A DNA stretch of 64,000 bases from Planctomycetota bacterium (lineage in GTDB: Bacteria > Planctomycetota > SZUA-567 > H5-PLA8). Made by a program: the position numbers and the translations under genes. Positions within the stretch are counted from its first letter, which is position 1. Each line of letters starts with the position of its first letter. The DNA lies in assembly GCA_038227875.1 (NCBI GenBank), contig JBBRPR010000014.1, positions 32,001-96,000 on the forward strand, written 5' to 3'. The notes below the pieces were generated by a model. That model was given only the letters and a program-made list of their open reading frames with translations, was not told the origin of the DNA and made no database searches. This document shows, in pieces, positions 47,633 through 59,223 of this stretch.

Positions 47633-48415
47633 ATGTCACGCGCTCATCGAAAACCCAAACTGGCGGTCTGGAAATTCGCTTCCTGCGACGGCTGCCAGCT
47701 TTCGCTGCTCGACTGCGAAGACGAACTGCTCGCGATTGCCGGCGAGATCGAGATCGCCAACTTTGTCGAAGCGTCGCGGGCCGTGGTGAAAGGTCCGTAC
47801 GACCTCTCGCTGGTGGAAGGCTCGATCACCACAGGGCACGACGAGGCGCGGATTCAGCACGTGCGGAAAATGTCGAAGCATCTGGTCACTATCGGCGCGT
47901 GTGCGACGGCCGGCGGGATTCAGGCGCTGCGCAATTTCAAGGATGTGAAGGAATTCACGTCGATTGTTTACGCCAAGCCGGAGTACATCGAAACGCTGGC
48001 GACGTCGACCCCGATCTCCGCTCACGTCCGCGTGGATTTCGAGCTGCGCGGCTGCCCGATCAACAAAACTCAATTGCTGGAAGTGCTGACCGCGTTTCTG
48101 CACGGCCGGCGGCCCAACATTCCCGACCAGAGCGTGTGCATGGAATGTAAATTGAAGGGCAACGTCTGCGTCATGGTCGCGCACGGTACGCCGTGCCTGG
48201 GACCGGTGACGCACTCGGGCTGCGGAGCGCTGTGCCCGTCGTACGACCGGGGTTGTTACGGCTGCTTCGGGCCGAAGGAGAACGCCAACACGGCCGCGCT
48301 GGGCACATGGCTGCACGACAAGGGCATGCCGCACGCCGACATCATGCGCAGCTTTCAGACCTACAACGCCGCCGCCACGCCGTTCCGAAAGGAAAGCGAA
48401 GCGCATGAAGAGTAG
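47633..48415 (+). CDS. group 3b hydrogenase small (delta) subunit
   Basis: [41 protein letters not shown]...GCYGC. Confidence 0.92.
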   Translation: MSRAHRKPKLAVWKFASCDGCQLSLLDCEDELLAIAGEIEIANFVEASRAVVKGPYDLSLVEGSITTGHDEARIQHVRKMSKHLVTIGACATAGGIQALRNFKDVKEFTSIVYAKPEYIETLATSTPISAHVRVDFELRGCPINKTQLLEVLTAFLHGRRPNIPDQSVCMECKLKGNVCVMVAHGTPCLGPVTHSGCGALCPSYDRGCYGCFGPKENANTAALGTWLHDKGMPHADIMRSFQTYNAAATPFRKESEAHEE

Positions 48416-49694
48416 AACGATCAAGGTCGATTATCTCGCGCGCGTGGAAGGCGAAGGCAGCCTGCGCGTCAAGATTAAAGACAATGTGCTGAAGGATGTG
48501 CAGCTCAAAATTTTCGAGCCGCCGCGCTTTTTCGAAGCGTTTCTGCGCGGGCGCACGTACATGGAAGCGCCGGACATCACCGCGCGCATCTGCGGCATCT
48601 GCCCGGTCGCATATCAAATGAGCGCCGTGCATGCGATCGAAAGTGCGTTCGACGTGAAGGTGCCGGAGCCGATCCGTCTACTGCGCCGTTTGCTGTACTG
48701 CGGCGAATGGGTTGAAAGTCATGCCTTGCACATTTACATGCTGCATGCGCCGGACTTTTTGAATTTTGAAGACGCCGTGCAGATGGCCAAGAAATTTCCG
48801 GAGATCGTCAAGCGCGGCCTGCAGTTGAAGAAGGCCGGCAACGCGATTGTGGCGCTGCTTGGCGGGCGCGAGATTCACCCAATCAATGTCCGCGTGGGCG
48901 GATTCTACCGCACGCCGTCGCGCAACGAATTGCTCACGCTGCTGGATTCGCTGAAGTGGGCGCGCGACGCGTCCGTCGAAACCGTGCGCTTTGCGGCGAC
49001 GCTGCCGTTTCCGGATTTCGAATGCGACTACGAATTTGTCTCGCTGAGGCACGAGAAGGATTATCCGTTCAGTGAAGGGAGCATTGTTTCCAACCGTGGC
49101 CTGAACATTGCGACAGATCAGTTCGATGCGCATTTTGCCGAGGAGCATGTCCAGCATTCCAACGCGCTCCACTGCTTGCTCAAAGAACGTGGTGCGTACT
49201 TTGTCGGGCCGATGGCACGGTACAATTTGAACTTCGATCGCCTCTCGAAGCTGGCGCGCGATGCCGCGATCGAGGCGAAGCTGGGGCCGGTTTGCAACAA
49301 TCCATTCAAGAGCATTATCATTCGGAGCGTGGAGCTGGTGCAGGTGTTTGATGAGGCGATTCGCATCGTGGAAGGCTACGAGCCGCCGTCCGCTCCGTTT
49401 GTGGCGATGACGCCGCGGAAATCCGTCGGCTACGCGGCCACCGAAGCGCCGCGCGGCATGCTCGTGCATCGCTATGCGCTCGACGATGCGGGGATCATCA
49501 CCGACGCGCGGATTGTGCCGCCGACGTCGCAGAATCAGAAGACCATCGAGAATGACCTGTGGCAGTTCGTGCCGCGAAATCTCCACCTCAATAACGCCGA
49601 TCTGACGTGGCGCTGCGAGCAGGCCATTCGAAATTACGATCCGTGTATTTCGTGTGCGACACATTTTCTCAAAATGGACGTGGAACGGAGCTGA
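48405..49694 (+). CDS. group 3b [NiFe]-hydrogenase large (alpha) subunit
   Basis: RVEGEG, L1 [16 protein letters not shown]2 DPCISCATH followed by a cleavable 9-aa tail. Confidence 0.95.
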   Translation: MKSRTIKVDYLARVEGEGSLRVKIKDNVLKDVQLKIFEPPRFFEAFLRGRTYMEAPDITARICGICPVAYQMSAVHAIESAFDVKVPEPIRLLRRLLYCGEWVESHALHIYMLHAPDFLNFEDAVQMAKKFPEIVKRGLQLKKAGNAIVALLGGREIHPINVRVGGFYRTPSRNELLTLLDSLKWARDASVETVRFAATLPFPDFECDYEFVSLRHEKDYPFSEGSIVSNRGLNIATDQFDAHFAEEHVQHSNALHCLLKERGAYFVGPMARYNLNFDRLSKLARDAAIEAKLGPVCNNPFKSIIIRSVELVQVFDEAIRIVEGYEPPSAPFVAMTPRKSVGYAATEAPRGMLVHRYALDDAGIITDARIVPPTSQNQKTIENDLWQFVPRNLHLNNADLTWRCEQAIRNYDPCISCATHFLKMDVERS

Positions 49695-49698
49695 CAAA

Positions 49699-52455
49699 AT
49701 GACTCATCAAGATACTCATCAAGATACTCATCAAGATACTCATCAAGATACTCATCAAGATACTCATCAACTACGCCGGGCGCTGGATCCTATTTTCACC
49801 CCGCGCAGCGTCGCGCTGATCGGCGCGACGGAAAAGCCCGGCAGTGTCGGGCGTACGATATTGCAGAACCTGACGGGGGCGAATTTCTCCGGGCCGATCT
49901 ATCCCGTGAATCCCAAGCGCGAGACCGTGTTGGGTTTCAAAGCGTATCCCTCGCTCACCAGCATCGGCAAGCCGGTCGATCTCGTCGTGATCGTGACGCC
50001 TGCAACCAACGTGCCGGCATTGATCGCCGAAAGCGTGGCGTGTGGCGTGCCCGGCGCGATCATTATCTCCGCGGGATTCAAGGAGACGGGGCCCGAGGGC
50101 GTGGAGCTCGAGCGCCAGGTTCGCGAGGCCGCGGCGGGGAAGATCCGCATCATCGGCCCCAATTGCCTGGGCGTGATGAACCCGCTCACGGGTTTAAACG
50201 CGACGTTCGCCAGCACCATCGCGCGGCCGGGCAATGTCGGATTCATCAGCCAGAGTGGCGCGCTCTGCACCGCGATTCTGGACTGGAGCCTGCGTGAAAA
50301 TGTCGGCTTCAGCGCGTTCGTCTCGACCGGCTCGATGCTCGACATCGGCTGGGGCGATCTGATCTACCATCTCGGCGACGATCCCAAAACCGAGAGCATC
50401 GTGATCTACATGGAGTCCGTCGGCGACGCGCGCAGTTTCATGTCCGCCGCGCGCGAAATCGCGCTGTCCAAGCCGATCATCGTGATCAAGGCCGGCCGGA
50501 CGCAGGCCGCCGCCAAGGCCGCCGCGTCGCACACGGGCGCGCTGGCCGGCAGCAACGATGTGCTCGACGCCGCGTTCCGCCGGTGCGGCGTGCTGCGCGT
50601 AAACAACATTTCAGAACTGTTCGCGCTGGCGGCGACGCTGGCCAAGCAGCCGCGCCCGCGCGGTCCGCGACTGACGGTGCTCACCAACGCCGGCGGTCCC
50701 GGAGTACTCGCGACCGATGCGCTGATCAGCGCCGGTGGAACTCTTTCCGAATTGTCGACGCAGACCTCCGCTCAGCTCAATGCGATTCTGCCGTCGCATT
50801 GGAGCCACTCCAATCCGGTCGACGTGCTGGGCGATGCCGATCCCGAGCGCTACGTGAAGGCCTTTGAAATCGCCGCGTGCGATGAGAACAGCGACGGCAC
50901 ATTGGTGATTTTGACGCCGCAGGCGATGACGAATCCCACCGGGTTTGCCGAACGGATGGCCGGTGCGAAGCGGCCGGCGGGCAAGCCGGTGCTCGCCAGT
51001 TGGATGGGCGGCGATGACGTGGCCCCTGGCATCGAACTGCTCAACCGGGCCGGCATCCCCACCTTCTCCTATCCCGATGAAGCGGCGGAAGCGTTCGCGT
51101 ACATGTGGCAGTACAGCGCCAATCTTCAGCGCTTGTATGAGACGCCTGAACTCAGCGCCGATGACCCGGCGGCGGCCAGTCCGCTGCCGCAGGTCGAATC
51201 ATTGTTGACCTCCGCGCGGCGCGACGGCCGTACGTTGCTGACGGAAGTCGAATCGAAACACCTGCTGCAGGCATACGGTCTGCCTGTGGTGGCGACGCAT
51301 CTGGCGAGAACGGTTGACGAGGCGGTGACGTTCGCGGACTCACTGCGCTACCCTGTGGTGCTGAAACTGTATTCGCACACGATCACGCACAAGACGGATG
51401 TCGGCGGCGTGCAGTTAAATCTCGCCAGTTCCGAGGACGTGCGCCGCGCATTTGCGCTGATCGAACACAACGTGGCGACGCATGCGGGCCGCGAGCATTT
51501 CCAGGGCGTGACGGTGCAGCGTATGGAGAAGCTGGAAGGCTACGAGATCATCCTGGGCAGCAGCATCGATCCGCAATTCGGACCGGTGTTGTTGTTTGGC
51601 CTCGGCGGACAGCTGGTGGAAGTGTTCAAGGACCGCGCGCTCGCGCTTCCGCCGCTGACGACAACGCTGGCGCGGCAGATGATGGAACGGACGAAAATTT
51701 TCACCGCGCTGCAGGGTGTGCGCGGGCGCAAGGCCGTGGACCTGGCGAAGCTGGAACGCATTCTCGTGCGCTTCAGCCAGCTGGTGGCCGAACAGCCGCG
51801 CATCAAGGAACTGGATATCAACCCGCTGCTCGTGTCACCCGACAACATCGTCGCGCTGGACGCGCGCGTGGTGTTGCACGATTGGGCCGTGAACGATGCC
51901 GCGCTGCCGCGCACGGCGATCCGGCCGTATCCGCGCAAGTACGTCTCGGAATTTAAAACGAGCAATGGTATCGCGGTGACGGTGCGGCCGATCCGGCCCG
52001 AAGACGAACCGCTGATCGTACAGTTTCATGAAACCTTGTCTGAGCAGACTGTGCGGCTGCGCTACCTGCACAACTTGAAATTCGACGAACGCGTTGCGCA
52101 CCAGCGGCTGATGCGCATCTGTTTCATCGATTACGACCGCGAGCTGTCGCTGGTCGCCGAGGTCAAGGATGCCGCGGGTCAGGCGCGGATTGTCGGCGTG
52201 GGCCGATTGAACAAACTGCACGGCGGAAATGCCGCGCACATTTATCTGGTGATCTCCGATGCGTTCCAAGGGAAGGGTATCGGGCGCGAATTGACAACGC
52301 GAATGCTGCAGGCTGCCCGGGACGAGAAGGTTCAAACCGTGTTCGCGGAACTTCTGCCCGATGCCGCGGGGATGCAGAAGTTGTGCCGGACGTTTGGATT
52401 CAGCATTGCCCCGGCTCAATCCGGCGGAAACTTGTATGCGGAATTGGCGTTATGA
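49699..52455 (+). CDS. acetate--CoA ligase (ADP-forming) family / GNAT fusion (Pat-like)
   Basis: [79 protein letters not shown]. Confidence 0.9.
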   Translation: MTHQDTHQDTHQDTHQDTHQDTHQLRRALDPIFTPRSVALIGATEKPGSVGRTILQNLTGANFSGPIYPVNPKRETVLGFKAYPSLTSIGKPVDLVVIVTPATNVPALIAESVACGVPGAIIISAGFKETGPEGVELERQVREAAAGKIRIIGPNCLGVMNPLTGLNATFASTIARPGNVGFISQSGALCTAILDWSLRENVGFSAFVSTGSMLDIGWGDLIYHLGDDPKTESIVIYMESVGDARSFMSAAREIALSKPIIVIKAGRTQAAAKAAASHTGALAGSNDVLDAAFRRCGVLRVNNISELFALAATLAKQPRPRGPRLTVLTNAGGPGVLATDALISAGGTLSELSTQTSAQLNAILPSHWSHSNPVDVLGDADPERYVKAFEIAACDENSDGTLVILTPQAMTNPTGFAERMAGAKRPAGKPVLASWMGGDDVAPGIELLNRAGIPTFSYPDEAAEAFAYMWQYSANLQRLYETPELSADDPAAASPLPQVESLLTSARRDGRTLLTEVESKHLLQAYGLPVVATHLARTVDEAVTFADSLRYPVVLKLYSHTITHKTDVGGVQLNLASSEDVRRAFALIEHNVATHAGREHFQGVTVQRMEKLEGYEIILGSSIDPQFGPVLLFGLGGQLVEVFKDRALALPPLTTTLARQMMERTKIFTALQGVRGRKAVDLAKLERILVRFSQLVAEQPRIKELDINPLLVSPDNIVALDARVVLHDWAVNDAALPRTAIRPYPRKYVSEFKTSNGIAVTVRPIRPEDEPLIVQFHETLSEQTVRLRYLHNLKFDERVAHQRLMRICFIDYDRELSLVAEVKDAAGQARIVGVGRLNKLHGGNAAHIYLVISDAFQGKGIGRELTTRMLQAARDEKVQTVFAELLPDAAGMQKLCRTFGFSIAPAQSGGNLYAELAL
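49702..49770 (+). repeat. 12-bp tandem repeat (ACTCATCAAGAT) x5.75 encoding (THQD)5-THQ
   Basis: Exact repeats directly after the ATG at 49699. Confidence 0.95.
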
Positions 52456-52925
52456 ACGGCGCGCCGGACACGCTGGTGGTTGGCATCGGCAACGGATTTC
52501 GCGGCGATGATGCAGCCGGTCTGCTGGCGGCGCGGTTGCTCGCCCCCGGAGCGCCGGACGGCACGCGGGTGATCGAACACAACGGCGATGGCATGCTGCT
52601 GATGTCCGAATGGCAGCGTTTCCGGCGCGTGATCGTCATCGATGCGCTGCATGTCGCAGGCAATCCCGGCGAGATCCTGCGCTTTGATGCGAGTGAAAAA
52701 CCACTGGCGATCAAGGGCGGGCATTCGTCGACGCACGCGCTGAGTATTGGCGATACGATCGAGCTGGCGCGAACGCTGGGGGAACTTCCAGCGCAGATGA
52801 TCGTGTACGGGATCGTCGGAGCGACTTTTGAAATCGGCGCGGCTCCTACGGTTGCGGTCTCAGAGGCGGTGAAGGTGCTGGCCGCTCGCGTGCGCGAGGA
52901 ATTATTAGACGGAGGAAAAATTTGA
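52452..52925 (+). CDS. hydrogenase maturation endopeptidase (HyaD/HycI family)
   Basis: VVGIGN..RGDDAAG, VIDA, SSTHAL; overlaps the upstream stop codon. Confidence 0.9.
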   Translation: MNGAPDTLVVGIGNGFRGDDAAGLLAARLLAPGAPDGTRVIEHNGDGMLLMSEWQRFRRVIVIDALHVAGNPGEILRFDASEKPLAIKGGHSSTHALSIGDTIELARTLGELPAQMIVYGIVGATFEIGAAPTVAVSEAVKVLAARVREELLDGGKI

Positions 52926-53189
52926 ATGCATGAATTTTCACTGATCAACGATTTGATGCGCAAGATCGCGGCGATCGCCACGGAGCAGAAGGCCGAGAAG
53001 GTCACGAGCGTCACCGTGCGGTTGGGGGCGCTGGCGCATATTTCCGCCGACCATTTCCGCGAGCATTTTGTTCACGCCGCGCGGAATACCGTCGCCGATG
53101 GCGCGCAATTGAAAGTGCTGACGTCCACCGACGAGGCCGATCCGCGCGCGCAGGATATTCTTCTGGAGAGCGTGGACGTTGCGGACTGA
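52926..53189 (+). CDS. hypA: short HypA nickel chaperone lacking the zinc finger
   Basis: MHE N-terminus, V.V.LGAL, T.ADGA.L; 87 aa and no cysteine. Confidence 0.85.
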   Translation: MHEFSLINDLMRKIAAIATEQKAEKVTSVTVRLGALAHISADHFREHFVHAARNTVADGAQLKVLTSTDEADPRAQDILLESVDVAD

Positions 53190-55458
53190 CGCGCCGGCCA
53201 CATCGACGCACGCTGAACGCCGCCGCATCAGCCTGACCGGCTGCGTGCAGGGCGTGGGTTTCCGTCCGTTTGTGTATCGTCTCGCGAAGCAACTGATGCT
53301 GAGCGGCTGGGTGAACAACACGCCGCAGGGCGTCGAGATCGAAATTGAAGGCGCGGCTGGGACGATCGATCTGTTTGAGAAACAACTTCAGGGCGAGGCG
53401 CCGGTGCACGCGCGGATTCACACGCTGAACAGTCAGCGCGTCGCGCCGCTTGGCGTTGTGGGGTTTGAAATTCGGGAAAGTGCGGCATCGGGAGTAATCG
53501 GCACCATTCCGCCTGACCTCGCCGTCTGTGCGGAGTGCGCGCGTGAGATTTTTGAGCCGCAGAATCGGCGCTATCGATATCCCTTCACCAATTGCACCCA
53601 CTGCGGGCCGCGCTTTTCGATATTGGAACGCGCGCCGTATGATCGCGCCAACACGTCGATGAAGTGTTTCGAGATGTGTGCGGCGTGTGCGGTGGAGTAC
53701 GGCGATCCGGCCGACCGACGATTTCATGCGCAGCCCAACGCGTGTCCGGCGTGCGGACCGCAGTTGCAGCTTTGGGACGCTGCCGGCCGCACTCTCGCGC
53801 AACGCGACGATGCGCTGAATGCAGCGGCGGCCGCGATCCAGGCGGGAAAAATCGTCGCGGTGAAGGGCATCGGTGGCTTTCAGTTGATGGTCGATGCCCG
53901 CTCGGATTCCGCGATCGCCCGCTTGCGGGAGCGGAAGCACCGCGACGCGAAGCCTTTCGCGCTGATGTTTCCGTTGCTTGATGCGATACGCGTGGAATGT
54001 GAGGTCGATACCCTTGAGGCTGAACTGCTGACCTCGGCGGCAGCGCCGATCGTGATTTTGCAGCGCAGTGCCGCTTCGCGGTTGCCGGAAATTTTAGCGC
54101 CGCGCCATCCGACGCTGGGCGCGATGCTTCCGTATTCGCCGCTTCATATCTTACTGCTCGATGCGCTGAAGGCGCCGGTCGTAGCCACGAGCGGCAATGT
54201 TTCCGACGAGCCGATTTGCATTGATGAACACGAGGCGCTGCGAAGGCTGGCGGGTCTCGCGGACTTATTTCTCGTTCACGACCGGCCGATTGTCCGTGCG
54301 GTGGACGACTCGGTGGTGCGCGTGTTTGCGGGCCGAGAGATGATGCTCCGTCGCGCGCGCGGTTACGCGCCGCTGCCGATTCGCGTAGGCTTCACGCTGC
54401 CTGGCATCACTGCGTTTGGCGCGCATGTGAAGAACAGCGTGGCAATTTCGCGCGGCGATGAAGTGATCGTGAGTCAGCATGTCGGTGATCTGGAGACGGC
54501 TGAAGCGCGCGCCGCACTGGAAACTACGCTGCGCGACCTGCCGCGGCTGTTTGAACACGAAGCGGAGCTTAGCGCCGCGGATGTGCATCCGGATTACGCG
54601 TCGACGCGGTTGGCGCTGCGCACCGGCGCGCCGGTGCTCGTGCAGCATCATTACGCGCACGTTCTTTCGTGCATGGCGGAGAACGAACTACAGGCGCCGG
54701 TGCTCGGCGTGGCCTGGGACGGCGCGGGATTGGGCCTCGACGGCGCAAGTTGGGGCGGGGAATTTCTCGCTATTAATGCCAGCGGTTTCGAGCGCGTCGC
54801 GCACTTGCGTCCGTTTCTGCTTCCCGGTGGTGATGCGGCCGCACGCGAGCCACGCCGCACTGCGCTGGGCGTGCTGTATGAGATTTTTGGCACTGAGGTG
54901 TTTGAGCGGACGGAGCTCGCACCCGTTCAAGCATTCAGCGCCCACGAACGAATGCAGTTGCTGACGGTGTTGTCCAGAAAAGTAAACACGCACGAAACCA
55001 CGAGCATTGGGCGGCTCTGCGACGCGGTGGCTGCGCTGCTGAAACTTTGCCCAGTCTCCTCGTTCGAAGGTCAGGCGGCGATGCTGCTCGAATTTGCCAT
55101 CGGCGAGGTTGCGACCGACGCGAGTTACGCGATGCCGCTGCGCGGTACGATCGTCGATTGGGAACCGGCGGTGCGGGAGATTCTCGCGGATCTGAGCGAT
55201 CACGTCTCTGTCGCGTTGATCGCGGCAAAATTTCACAACGCGCTGGTGGAAGCAATTATTTCGGTTGCGCGAGCCAGCGGGCAAAGCGCGGTTGCGTTGA
55301 GCGGCGGTTGCTTTCAAAACAAGTACCTGACAGAACGCGCTGTGGCGCGCTTGCGTGCATCCGGGTTCACGCCGTACTGGCATCGGCGGGTGCCACCCAA
55401 CGATGGCGGCATCGCCTTGGGTCAGATTCTCGCGGCCGCGCGGTCGCTGGAGACTTAA
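53179..55458 (+). CDS. hypF: carbamoyltransferase HypF
   Basis: VQGVGFRPFVY, C..C zinc fingers, RRFHAQP, KGIGGF, QHHYAH, SGGCFQN, PPNDGGIALGQ. Confidence 0.95.
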   Translation: MRTDAPATSTHAERRRISLTGCVQGVGFRPFVYRLAKQLMLSGWVNNTPQGVEIEIEGAAGTIDLFEKQLQGEAPVHARIHTLNSQRVAPLGVVGFEIRESAASGVIGTIPPDLAVCAECAREIFEPQNRRYRYPFTNCTHCGPRFSILERAPYDRANTSMKCFEMCAACAVEYGDPADRRFHAQPNACPACGPQLQLWDAAGRTLAQRDDALNAAAAAIQAGKIVAVKGIGGFQLMVDARSDSAIARLRERKHRDAKPFALMFPLLDAIRVECEVDTLEAELLTSAAAPIVILQRSAASRLPEILAPRHPTLGAMLPYSPLHILLLDALKAPVVATSGNVSDEPICIDEHEALRRLAGLADLFLVHDRPIVRAVDDSVVRVFAGREMMLRRARGYAPLPIRVGFTLPGITAFGAHVKNSVAISRGDEVIVSQHVGDLETAEARAALETTLRDLPRLFEHEAELSAADVHPDYASTRLALRTGAPVLVQHHYAHVLSCMAENELQAPVLGVAWDGAGLGLDGASWGGEFLAINASGFERVAHLRPFLLPGGDAAAREPRRTALGVLYEIFGTEVFERTELAPVQAFSAHERMQLLTVLSRKVNTHETTSIGRLCDAVAALLKLCPVSSFEGQAAMLLEFAIGEVATDASYAMPLRGTIVDWEPAVREILADLSDHVSVALIAAKFHNALVEAIISVARASGQSAVALSGGCFQNKYLTERAVARLRASGFTPYWHRRVPPNDGGIALGQILAAARSLET

Positions 55459-55460
55459 AA

Positions 55461-55715
55461 ATGTGCCTCGCCATTCCCGGGCAGATCCACAGCGTCTCCG
55501 GCGACGATCCGCTGACGCGATTGGGTAAAGTGTCGTTTGGCGGCATCGTCAAAGAGATCAATCTCGCTTTCGTGCCGGAAGCGAACGTGGGCGATTTCGT
55601 GCTGGTCCACGTCGGCTTTGCGATCTCGCGCATCGACGAAGCCGAAGCGCGCCGCACCTTTGAGTATTTGAAGCAGGCCGGGGAAGCCGAGGAGCTTCAG
55701 GCGGATGATTCATGA
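55461..55715 (+). CDS. hypC: hydrogenase assembly chaperone HypC
   Basis: [16 protein letters not shown]. Confidence 0.95.
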   Translation: MCLAIPGQIHSVSGDDPLTRLGKVSFGGIVKEINLAFVPEANVGDFVLVHVGFAISRIDEAEARRTFEYLKQAGEAEELQADDS

Positions 55716-56818
55716 AGTACCTCGACGAATTCCGCGACCAGGCTGCGATCGAAGCGTGCGCGAAAGCGATTCGCGCCGTGGTGCGGCAGCCGTGGACGAT
55801 CATGGAAGTCTGCGGCGGCCAGACGCACAGCATCGTCAAGCACGGGCTCGACCGACTGCTGCCGGAATCCGTGACGCTGGTGCACGGTCCGGGTTGTCCG
55901 GTCTGCGTGACGCCGGTGGGCATCATCGACAAGGCGCTGGATTTGGCGGCGCGCAAAGATGTGATTTTCTGTTCGTTCGGCGACATGCTCCGCGTGCCCG
56001 GTACGCGCGGCGATTTGTTCTCGGTCAAAGCGGGCGGTGGTGACGTGCGGATGGTCTATTCGCCGATGGACGCGTTGGCGCTGGCGAAACGGCAGCCGGA
56101 AAAGGAGATCGTTTTCTTCGCCGTGGGTTTCGAAACGACCGCGCCGGCCAACGCGATGGCCGCGTATCAGGCGCGCCAGCAGAACGTTCGCAACTTTTCG
56201 CTGCTGGTGTCGCACGTGCTGGTGCCGCCAGCGATGGAAGCGATCTTGAGCGCCCCGAAAAATCGCGTGCAGGGATTTCTCGCGCCGGGGCATGTCTGCG
56301 CCATTGTCGGGTATGCGGAGTACGAAGAACTGGCGCGGCGCTTCCGCGTTCCCATCGTCGTCACGGGATTCGAGCCGGTCGATATTCTGCAGGGAATATT
56401 GCTGTGTCTGACGCAACTCGAAGAGAGTCGCAGCGTCGTTGAGAATCAGTACACGCGTTTTGTGCGTCGCGATGGCAATGAGACGGCGTTGCGGTTGCTG
56501 CGCGAGGTCTTCACGGTCGTGCCGCGAAAGTGGCGCGGCGTGGGTGAGATTTCCGCGAGCGGACTGGCACTGTCCGATGCATTTGCGGACTTCGACGCCG
56601 AGAAGCGCTTCGGACTTTCGCCGAACTCCGCCGACGAATCGACGGAGTGCATCAGCGGGGAAATTCTGCAGGGGTTGAAGAAGCCGCCCGACTGCCCTGC
56701 ATTCGGTTCGCGTTGCACGCCCGATCAGCCGCTTGGCGCGACGATGGTCTCTTCGGAAGGCGCCTGCGCGGCGTATTTTCGCTACAGGCGGTTTCAGCAG
56801 CAGAGGGCCGATGCGTGA
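55712..56818 (+). CDS. hypD: hydrogenase formation protein HypD
   Basis: [26 protein letters not shown]-terminal Fe-S cysteines, [10 protein letters not shown]. Confidence 0.95.
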   Translation: MKYLDEFRDQAAIEACAKAIRAVVRQPWTIMEVCGGQTHSIVKHGLDRLLPESVTLVHGPGCPVCVTPVGIIDKALDLAARKDVIFCSFGDMLRVPGTRGDLFSVKAGGGDVRMVYSPMDALALAKRQPEKEIVFFAVGFETTAPANAMAAYQARQQNVRNFSLLVSHVLVPPAMEAILSAPKNRVQGFLAPGHVCAIVGYAEYEELARRFRVPIVVTGFEPVDILQGILLCLTQLEESRSVVENQYTRFVRRDGNETALRLLREVFTVVPRKWRGVGEISASGLALSDAFADFDAEKRFGLSPNSADESTECISGEILQGLKKPPDCPAFGSRCTPDQPLGATMVSSEGACAAYFRYRRFQQQRADA

Positions 56819-57867
56819 CCACACCCGACGTACCGTTCGGCTCATGCCCGCTGCCGCACTCCAACGCCTCGTCGATCATGCTCGGGCATGGCGGCGGCGG
56901 CACCCTGACGCAGTCGCTAATCGAAACCGTGTTTCTTCCAGCGTTCGCGAACTCTGCGCTTTCAGCGCGGCATGACAGCGCAGTGCTGGAAGTTAACGGC
57001 CAGCGCCTTGCGTTCACCACCGATTCGTATGTGGTCCGGCCGCTGTTTTTTCCCGGCGGCGACATTGGCAAACTCGCCGTCACGGGCACGATCAACGATC
57101 TGGCGATGGCCGGCGCGCGGCCGCTGTACTTGAGTGCCGGGTTCATCATCGAAGAAGGCTTCGCCAAATCCGATCTCGCGAAAATCGTGGCGTCGATGCA
57201 GGCTGCCGCGACTGAAGCCGGCGTGCAGATCGTGACCGGCGACACAAAGGTCGTCGACAAGGGCAAAGGCGACGGAGTGTTCATCAACACGGCGGGAATT
57301 GGCGTGATCGAAACGCCGCTGACGATTGCGCCCGGCAGCGCCAGGGCGGGGGATGCGATCATTCTCAGCGGGGACATCGGCCGTCACGGCATCGCGATCA
57401 TGGCGGTGCGCGAGGGGCTCGAATTCGAGAGCACCATCGAAAGCGATTGCGCTTCGTTGCACGCTCCGGTGGCGGCGTTGTTGCGCGCAGGCGTGGACGT
57501 GCATTGTCTTCGCGACCTGACGCGCGGCGGCCTGGCGTCGGCGCTCAACGAGATCGCACAAGCTGCGGCGGTGGGCGTGGAGATCACGGAGCGGGAAATC
57601 CCTGTCGATACACAAGTTCGCGGTGCCTGCGAGATTCTCGGGCTCGATCCGCTTTATGTCGCCAACGAAGGACGCTTCGTCGCCTTCGTGGCGGCTGGAG
57701 ATGCGGAGCGTGCAGTGAAAATTCTGCGCGGCGAACCGGTCAGCTTTGACGCACGAATGATTGGACAGACTGTTACCGGCACGGCGCAAGTTGTCCTGCG
57801 CACGGCGATCGGGGGGAATCGTGTCGTCGACATGCTCAGCGGCGAGCAACTTCCGAGAATCTGTTAG
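56815..57867 (+). CDS. hypE: carbamoyl dehydratase HypE
   Basis: [40 protein letters not shown]-terminal PRIC. Confidence 0.95.
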   Translation: MTTPDVPFGSCPLPHSNASSIMLGHGGGGTLTQSLIETVFLPAFANSALSARHDSAVLEVNGQRLAFTTDSYVVRPLFFPGGDIGKLAVTGTINDLAMAGARPLYLSAGFIIEEGFAKSDLAKIVASMQAAATEAGVQIVTGDTKVVDKGKGDGVFINTAGIGVIETPLTIAPGSARAGDAIILSGDIGRHGIAIMAVREGLEFESTIESDCASLHAPVAALLRAGVDVHCLRDLTRGGLASALNEIAQAAAVGVEITEREIPVDTQVRGACEILGLDPLYVANEGRFVAFVAAGDAERAVKILRGEPVSFDARMIGQTVTGTAQVVLRTAIGGNRVVDMLSGEQLPRIC

Positions 57868-57873
57868 GCGCCG

Positions 57874-58977
57874 TCAATCGCCCAGGCAGATTCCGAGCTC
57901 GCGGGCGGTCAGCACGGTGTCGGAATTGACGTCGACGCACTTTCGTCCTCCGATGGTGGACTCCAGAGATGTCGATGTCATCCCGGGCGGCTGGAATGAA
58001 ACCATCTGCCCCCAGCGTCCGGCTTCCGCCAGCCGCACGGCAGCCGTGCCGTAGCGGAGGCCCAGGAGCCGGTCGTAGGTCGTCGGAGATCCACCCCGCT
58101 GGATGTGGCCCAGGACCAGAGCGCGCGTGTCGGCGCCGGTGCGTTGTTCGATCTGCGTGGCGACGTACTGACCTGCTCCGCCCAGCAGTGGTTCGTGGCC
58201 CTTGACGGTTTTCTTCTGCAGAATTTCCGCCCCTTCGCGTTCCCGGGCGCCTTCCGCAACGACCACGATGGCCGAGGCTCGTCCGGATTTGCGCCGTTCG
58301 TTGAGAAACGCGGCGACGTTTTTCATCGTGTAAGGAATTTCGGGAATCAAAATCACATCGGCGGAAGCGGAGATGCCCGCGTGGAGCGCGATCCAGCCGG
58401 CGTGGCGGCCCATGACCTCAATGACCATGGTGCGGCCGTGCGCCTGGGCGGTGGTCTGCAGCTTGTCGATGCAATCCGTCGCGGTGGCGACGGCGGTATC
58501 GAAGCCAAACGTCCGCTCGGTGCCGAGCAGATCGTTGTCGATGGTTTTGGGAACGCCGATCACCTGCACACCCATGCGGTACAAACGGTAGGCGATGCTC
58601 ATGGATCCGTCGCCACCGATGGCGATCACGCCATCGATCTTCTGACGCTTGAGTTCGCTCACGACAATTTCCGCGGCAAGGGCCCGCCGCGTGGAGCCAG
58701 GAAAGTGTGTGCGGAACTCAAAGGGATTGGCGCAATTGGTGGTGCCCAGGATTGTACCGCCGAGACCCGCGATGCTGCGTACAGTCTCGCGAACCAGCGG
58801 AATGCACGGTTCGCCGGCAATGATTCCGCAATAGCCGTCGCGAATGCCAACCACTTCCAAACCGCGATTGAGCGCGGATTGCGTTGCGGCGCGGATCACT
58901 GCGTTCAGTCCGGGTGCATCGCCGCCGCCCGTGGTGAGGGCCAGACGCTTCAAGGGGTGTCGTGACGTTTGGGACAT
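57874..58977 (-). CDS. pfkA: 6-phosphofructokinase (PfkA family, group III-like)
   Basis: GGGDAPGLN, GGTILGT, GGDGS, PKTIDND, EVMGRHAGW, LGHIQRGG. Confidence 0.92.
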   Translation of the reverse strand: MSQTSRHPLKRLALTTGGGDAPGLNAVIRAATQSALNRGLEVVGIRDGYCGIIAGEPCIPLVRETVRSIAGLGGTILGTTNCANPFEFRTHFPGSTRRALAAEIVVSELKRQKIDGVIAIGGDGSMSIAYRLYRMGVQVIGVPKTIDNDLLGTERTFGFDTAVATATDCIDKLQTTAQAHGRTMVIEVMGRHAGWIALHAGISASADVILIPEIPYTMKNVAAFLNERRKSGRASAIVVVAEGAREREGAEILQKKTVKGHEPLLGGAGQYVATQIEQRTGADTRALVLGHIQRGGSPTTYDRLLGLRYGTAAVRLAEAGRWGQMVSFQPPGMTSTSLESTIGGRKCVDVNSDTVLTARELGICLGD

Positions 58978-59223
58978 AGGGTTGCTTTCTTCTGCCTGGG
59001 TTCATGAATGGGCACAATTACTTCCGCCACATGGGGCTAAGTGCGCACAGTAAGGGCCATTGCGGACGCGTGCGTGCGCATCGGCTGTCATCCCTGCAAA
59101 GCATTCAAGCGGACGATATTAAGGCGCGGGGCGAGGGGTTTATTTTGAACGTGAGAAGTCGTGCGTCTCTCATGCTTGAGAAGGCTATTCCCAAGGACGC
59201 GAAGTCTGGATGGGGTGCGATGG

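Noticed and set aside
49702..49770. Possible CRISPR array or frameshifting phase-variation tract
   Set aside because: Contiguous 12-bp units without spacers; the unit length is a multiple of three, so the frame is unaffected.
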